Part shown: piece after piece, positions 60,701-64,000 of the stretch
How positions within the stretch are numbered: position 1 is the first letter of the stretch
Layout: each line of letters starts with the position of its first letter
Virus record (IMG/VR): IMGVR_UViG_3300007513_000009
Direction: 5' to 3' (one strand)
Length of the DNA stretch: 64,000 bases
Source: a virus
Made by a program: the position numbers and the translations under genes
The notes under the pieces: model-generated
What the model saw: only the letters and a program-made list of their open reading frames with translations
What the model was told of the DNA's origin: nothing
The model's database searches: none

Positions 60701-61039
60701 ATGAACTTAAAAGAATATTTGGAAAAAAATAAAGTAGAGTCTACCAATTCTATGGAATGGCTACCAAGTGTTGGTGCTGTTCTTAATACTGAGAATGGTG
60801 ATTTACTACCTGTTAATGAAGATAGTTCTATTGATTTTGACGAAGGTGTAATGAACAATTTAATGGATATGGATATTTCAGATGAATCTGAAGAGTGGTA
60901 TGAATCATTACATCCTGTTGATAAAAAGGTTGTTGATGAAACGATGGATGAATTGGGTTATCAAAGGACTATGGTTATTTTAGGTGTTGCACAAAAAGAA
61001 ACTGATCGTAGATTAACAGATTTAATGGAGGGGTTATAA
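60701..61039 (+). CDS. Acidic hypothetical protein (paralog of 61475-61672)
   Basis: LPSVGAVLNT..G...WYESLHPVD. Confidence 0.55.
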   Translation: MNLKEYLEKNKVESTNSMEWLPSVGAVLNTENGDLLPVNEDSSIDFDEGVMNNLMDMDISDESEEWYESLHPVDKKVVDETMDELGYQRTMVILGVAQKETDRRLTDLMEGL

Positions 61040-61418
61040 AATGGGAAATATAGCTGAAACAATAGTGTTTGAAAAATTGAAAGCTGATGAAGAAGAACTT
61101 TGGCGTTATGGACCATTTGATGTTGGTGAAGATGTGTTTGTTGATTCTACTAATTTGTGGAATTCAAATGGGGTGGAGGATAGACTACTTATTCTGAAGG
61201 AATTGAAGAAAGACAGTAAAATTATGAAAAAGATTGGACCCGATCCATATTGGGATGATATTGATCTTGTAGCAGATAATGATGAAGGTGATACTGTTGC
61301 TACACTTCATAGAAATATGACGTTTAAAGCTTTGAAACGAACTATATTAGAGTGGCAACGCTAATATATATATAGAAAATGGAAAGCAAAAATTTCTCAA
61401 GAAACTCTCAAAAAAGTC

Positions 61419-61447
61419 TTGACTTTTTCATTTATTCTTTGTATATT
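61419..61447 (+). promoter_or_regulatory. sigma70-like promoter cassette
   Basis: TTGACT-17bp-TATATT followed by CATATGACAAAAAAGGAAAAAAC leader. Confidence 0.7.
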
Positions 61448-61671
61448 CACATATGACAAAAAAGGAAAAAACGAATGATTGACTACATAAAAACTCTTGA
61501 TTCAGTAGGGTATGTATTTAACACATCATCAGGAATGCTAATGATGGTTGATGATGATGGAACTTTTAATCCAGATTATCCAATTCACATTTCTAATTTT
61601 AGTGATGTGTGGTTTAATAAATTATCACCCTGGGATTTAGAAACAGTTAACACTTATTTAAGGGGGGTGTA

Positions 61672-62043
61672 ATGAATTTGGGTAGTGTATTGGACGAAAG
61701 TTATCCATCAAAATATAAAAATGCGATAGATAATTTACTTGTCGGTATCAATGAAGATTATAGGAATTGGACTTCAAATTGGAGTGACGATCCTACAAAT
61801 TCAAGGAATAAGTTTAAGGATGGCTTATCAGTAAAACCTGGTAGAAAATTTGATAAAGTGTTACATGGTAATTCTGTTTGGGGATTTGTTGCTAAAAAGG
61901 ATGGTGTATTTAAAGGGGAAACCTATGTATGTGGAGATGTATTTAAAGCAGCTAGTTGGGCTGCTCCCGCTAAATGGGTAAGAGGTAGTATCTTTAATAA
62001 GAATACTGATTGGTTTCAATGGACTGGTCCAAACTATTTATAA
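61672..62043 (+). CDS. Conserved-type phage hypothetical protein
   Basis: GRKFDKV...SVWGFV...GDVFKAASWAAPAK.VRG pattern. Confidence 0.55.
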   Translation: MNLGSVLDESYPSKYKNAIDNLLVGINEDYRNWTSNWSDDPTNSRNKFKDGLSVKPGRKFDKVLHGNSVWGFVAKKDGVFKGETYVCGDVFKAASWAAPAKWVRGSIFNKNTDWFQWTGPNYL

Positions 62044-62572
62044 TAATAAAAAAAAGGAGTCAAAAATGACTTACAAAAGTGGAATGAAAATAAAAGTTGA
62101 AGCGGAACCTACTTTAATGAACCCAGAAGATGCCTTAAATGATATGGTAGATGATGGAGTTTCTGTAGAAGATGCTTTGAACTTTATAATAACTGAATCC
62201 ATAGTGGAATCTAAGGTTAATGAGTTGTTGAAAGATAATGATGACTTGTTTGGCGGTGAATTTGAGATATTGGATGATGGTATGGTTGAAGTTGTAATTA
62301 AAAGTTGGGATGATGTATAAATGTTAGATAAAATATAAAGAAGGAAAAATAAAATGACTTTAAAAGAAATAATAAATTTATTGGAAAATATAGAAGGTTC
62401 ATTAGATGACGCTTTCTATTCTATTCCAGAATATGATTGTAATAGTGATGGAAGGTCTTATGTAGACGGTGCTAGAGATGAATTATACAATCTTAAAGAT
62501 AATATTGAAAAGGCTTTATTTGCTGGTGCTGAATTAGCAGTACAATACGAAGAAACTTTAAATTAAAAATAT

Positions 62573-63034
62573 ATGCCAAGGATAAGAAAAACTCTTGGGA
62601 AAAAAACACGCAAATTTGATTATCACGAAAATGATTATCGCTATCCACCTAAACCAGATTCCTATTATGATGTAAAGGAAAGAGGTGTATGTAGGTGGTG
62701 TGGTGATGTTATTAATGATGAATATGGTAGAAGAAACAATAGAGCTAGTTGGCATCCTGATTGTAGTGAAAGATATCTTTTTATCTATAATCAAAAGCAT
62801 ATAAAGAAATACATAAAGAAGAGAGATTATTGTGAATGTGCTAATTGTGGTGAGTATGATTCAAAATGGCAATTAGATCACATCAAACCATTATATGAAC
62901 AAAAAGATTTATCAACCAATCAAATAGATTGGAGTTATTGGGAAGAAGGTAATCTACAGACTTTATGTAGAAAATGTCATAAAGAAAAAACTAAAAAAGA
63001 TATGAAACATAAAACAGGAGATAATAATGAATAA
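62573..63034 (+). CDS. HNH endonuclease
   Basis: CANCG...QLDHIKPL...NLQTLCRKCHKEKT. Confidence 0.9.
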   Translation: MPRIRKTLGKKTRKFDYHENDYRYPPKPDSYYDVKERGVCRWCGDVINDEYGRRNNRASWHPDCSERYLFIYNQKHIKKYIKKRDYCECANCGEYDSKWQLDHIKPLYEQKDLSTNQIDWSYWEEGNLQTLCRKCHKEKTKKDMKHKTGDNNE

Positions 63035-63608
63035 CCCCAGAGCAACTTTTATAATGGGAATACTTACCGCCTTTCTTGCAGTAGTTTTCTATATGGAAAA
63101 TATGTATGAAGTTCCAATAAGAACTGTAGTTCGTAAAATTGATAATCTAATTGAAGTAGAAAAAACCAAACCAAATTTTTTTGAAGATGCTGATATAATC
63201 AATTCATCATTAAATAAATCCAAACTAAAGCATGTATTGATTTATATTTACGCCTTATGTGATGAATATACTGTACCTTATGATCTGGCTAAATCAGTTA
63301 TAATGACCGAATCAAGTTGGAACCACAAAGCAATATCAAAGAGTGGTGCTATTGGATTAATGCAAATAAAACCTGAAACAGCATATGGTGAATTCAAAAC
63401 ACCTAAAGATGATTTATATGACCCATATGTTAATGTAACTGTTGGTATAATGTATCTATCTGATTTATATCATAACTCTGGCGATGATTGGTATTATGCT
63501 TTAACAAGCTATAGTCATGGTCCAACTATTACAAGAACATATAGTTATGCTTATATATCTGACAATTTTTATGTTAATAAGGTTTTAGGTTTATTTTCTA
63601 ATGACTAA
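63027..63608 (+). CDS. Lytic transglycosylase (SLT domain) with N-terminal TM anchor
   Basis: TESSWN, SGAIGLMQI, LYDPYVNV..G..YL. Confidence 0.9.
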   Translation: MNNPRATFIMGILTAFLAVVFYMENMYEVPIRTVVRKIDNLIEVEKTKPNFFEDADIINSSLNKSKLKHVLIYIYALCDEYTVPYDLAKSVIMTESSWNHKAISKSGAIGLMQIKPETAYGEFKTPKDDLYDPYVNVTVGIMYLSDLYHNSGDDWYYALTSYSHGPTITRTYSYAYISDNFYVNKVLGLFSND

Positions 63609-64000
63609 TAATTTAGTATTCGGTGGAAATCCATGGTTAATTGAAATAAATTTATCTGAAAAAATCACAGATGAATTTAATAAAATATTAACAATAGAAG
63701 CTATTGAAAGTGATACAAAAGAACGAGAATTATTAGATGCTTTTCATTATAATACACGTATGGTTGATACTGAAAATGTTAAGAAATTATATAAAATATT
63801 TAAAGATGAATGTTATGTATGGTTTAGAAATATAGATAAACATTTACCAAGGCCACAAAAAACCTTAGCTTGTTCTTATATATGTACTGGAAAAAGATAT
63901 GATTCTGTTTGGCATAGACACACATCAAAAACTACTATAAATGGAGTTTATTATACGCAAATACCTGATGATAGTGGTACTTTATCTATTATGGATGACG
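63601..64000 (+). CDS. 2OG-Fe(II) oxygenase, 3' truncated
   Basis: Open frame from ATG 63601: ...SVWHRH...INGVYYTQIPDDSGTL. Confidence 0.65.
   Translation, partial: MTNNLVFGGNPWLIEINLSEKITDEFNKILTIEAIESDTKERELLDAFHYNTRMVDTENVKKLYKIFKDECYVWFRNIDKHLPRPQKTLACSYICTGKRYDSVWHRHTSKTTINGVYYTQIPDDSGTLSIMDD

Overview
AT-rich, densely coding segment with almost all genes on the + strand. It looks like part of a large T4-like (Caudoviricetes) phage genome, probably marine. Contents in order: (i) a T4/RFC-type replisome (PolB, sliding clamp, clamp loader) followed by a Mom-like GNAT, a DUF1599-type protein, ClpP, a PD-(D/E)XK nuclease and a SLOG protein; (ii) a ~16 kb glycosylation island with a near-complete pseudaminic-acid-type nonulosonate pathway (PseB/C/H/I/F) containing a CMAH-like metallo-beta-lactamase-fold gene and no recognisable PseG; (iii) auxiliary genes (peptide deformylase-SEC-C, GMP reductase-like, porin, Hsp20, thermonuclease, Hc1 histone-like); (iv) a DUF4338(DruA-like) / GHKL-REase / TAGT / GT-B block, a candidate DNA modification-restriction module; (v) an early-type region with repeated sigma70 promoter cassettes, tRNA-Gly(TCC), a vWA + MoxR-AAA pair, and an unannotated SelW/Rdx selenoprotein (in-frame UGA plus SECIS-like hairpin) that the ORF track misses; (vi) a structured non-coding stretch, then four ORFs sharing an N-terminal MIKL(K/I)(D/E)LL-x-E leader, candidate capsid-packaged effectors. 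Canonical TTGAC/TATATT promoters, Shine-Dalgarno use, dockerin/CTD domains and Sec usage suggest a non-Bacteroidia FCB-type host such as Marinisomatota (inference). All product calls come from motif recognition by eye; no database searches were run.
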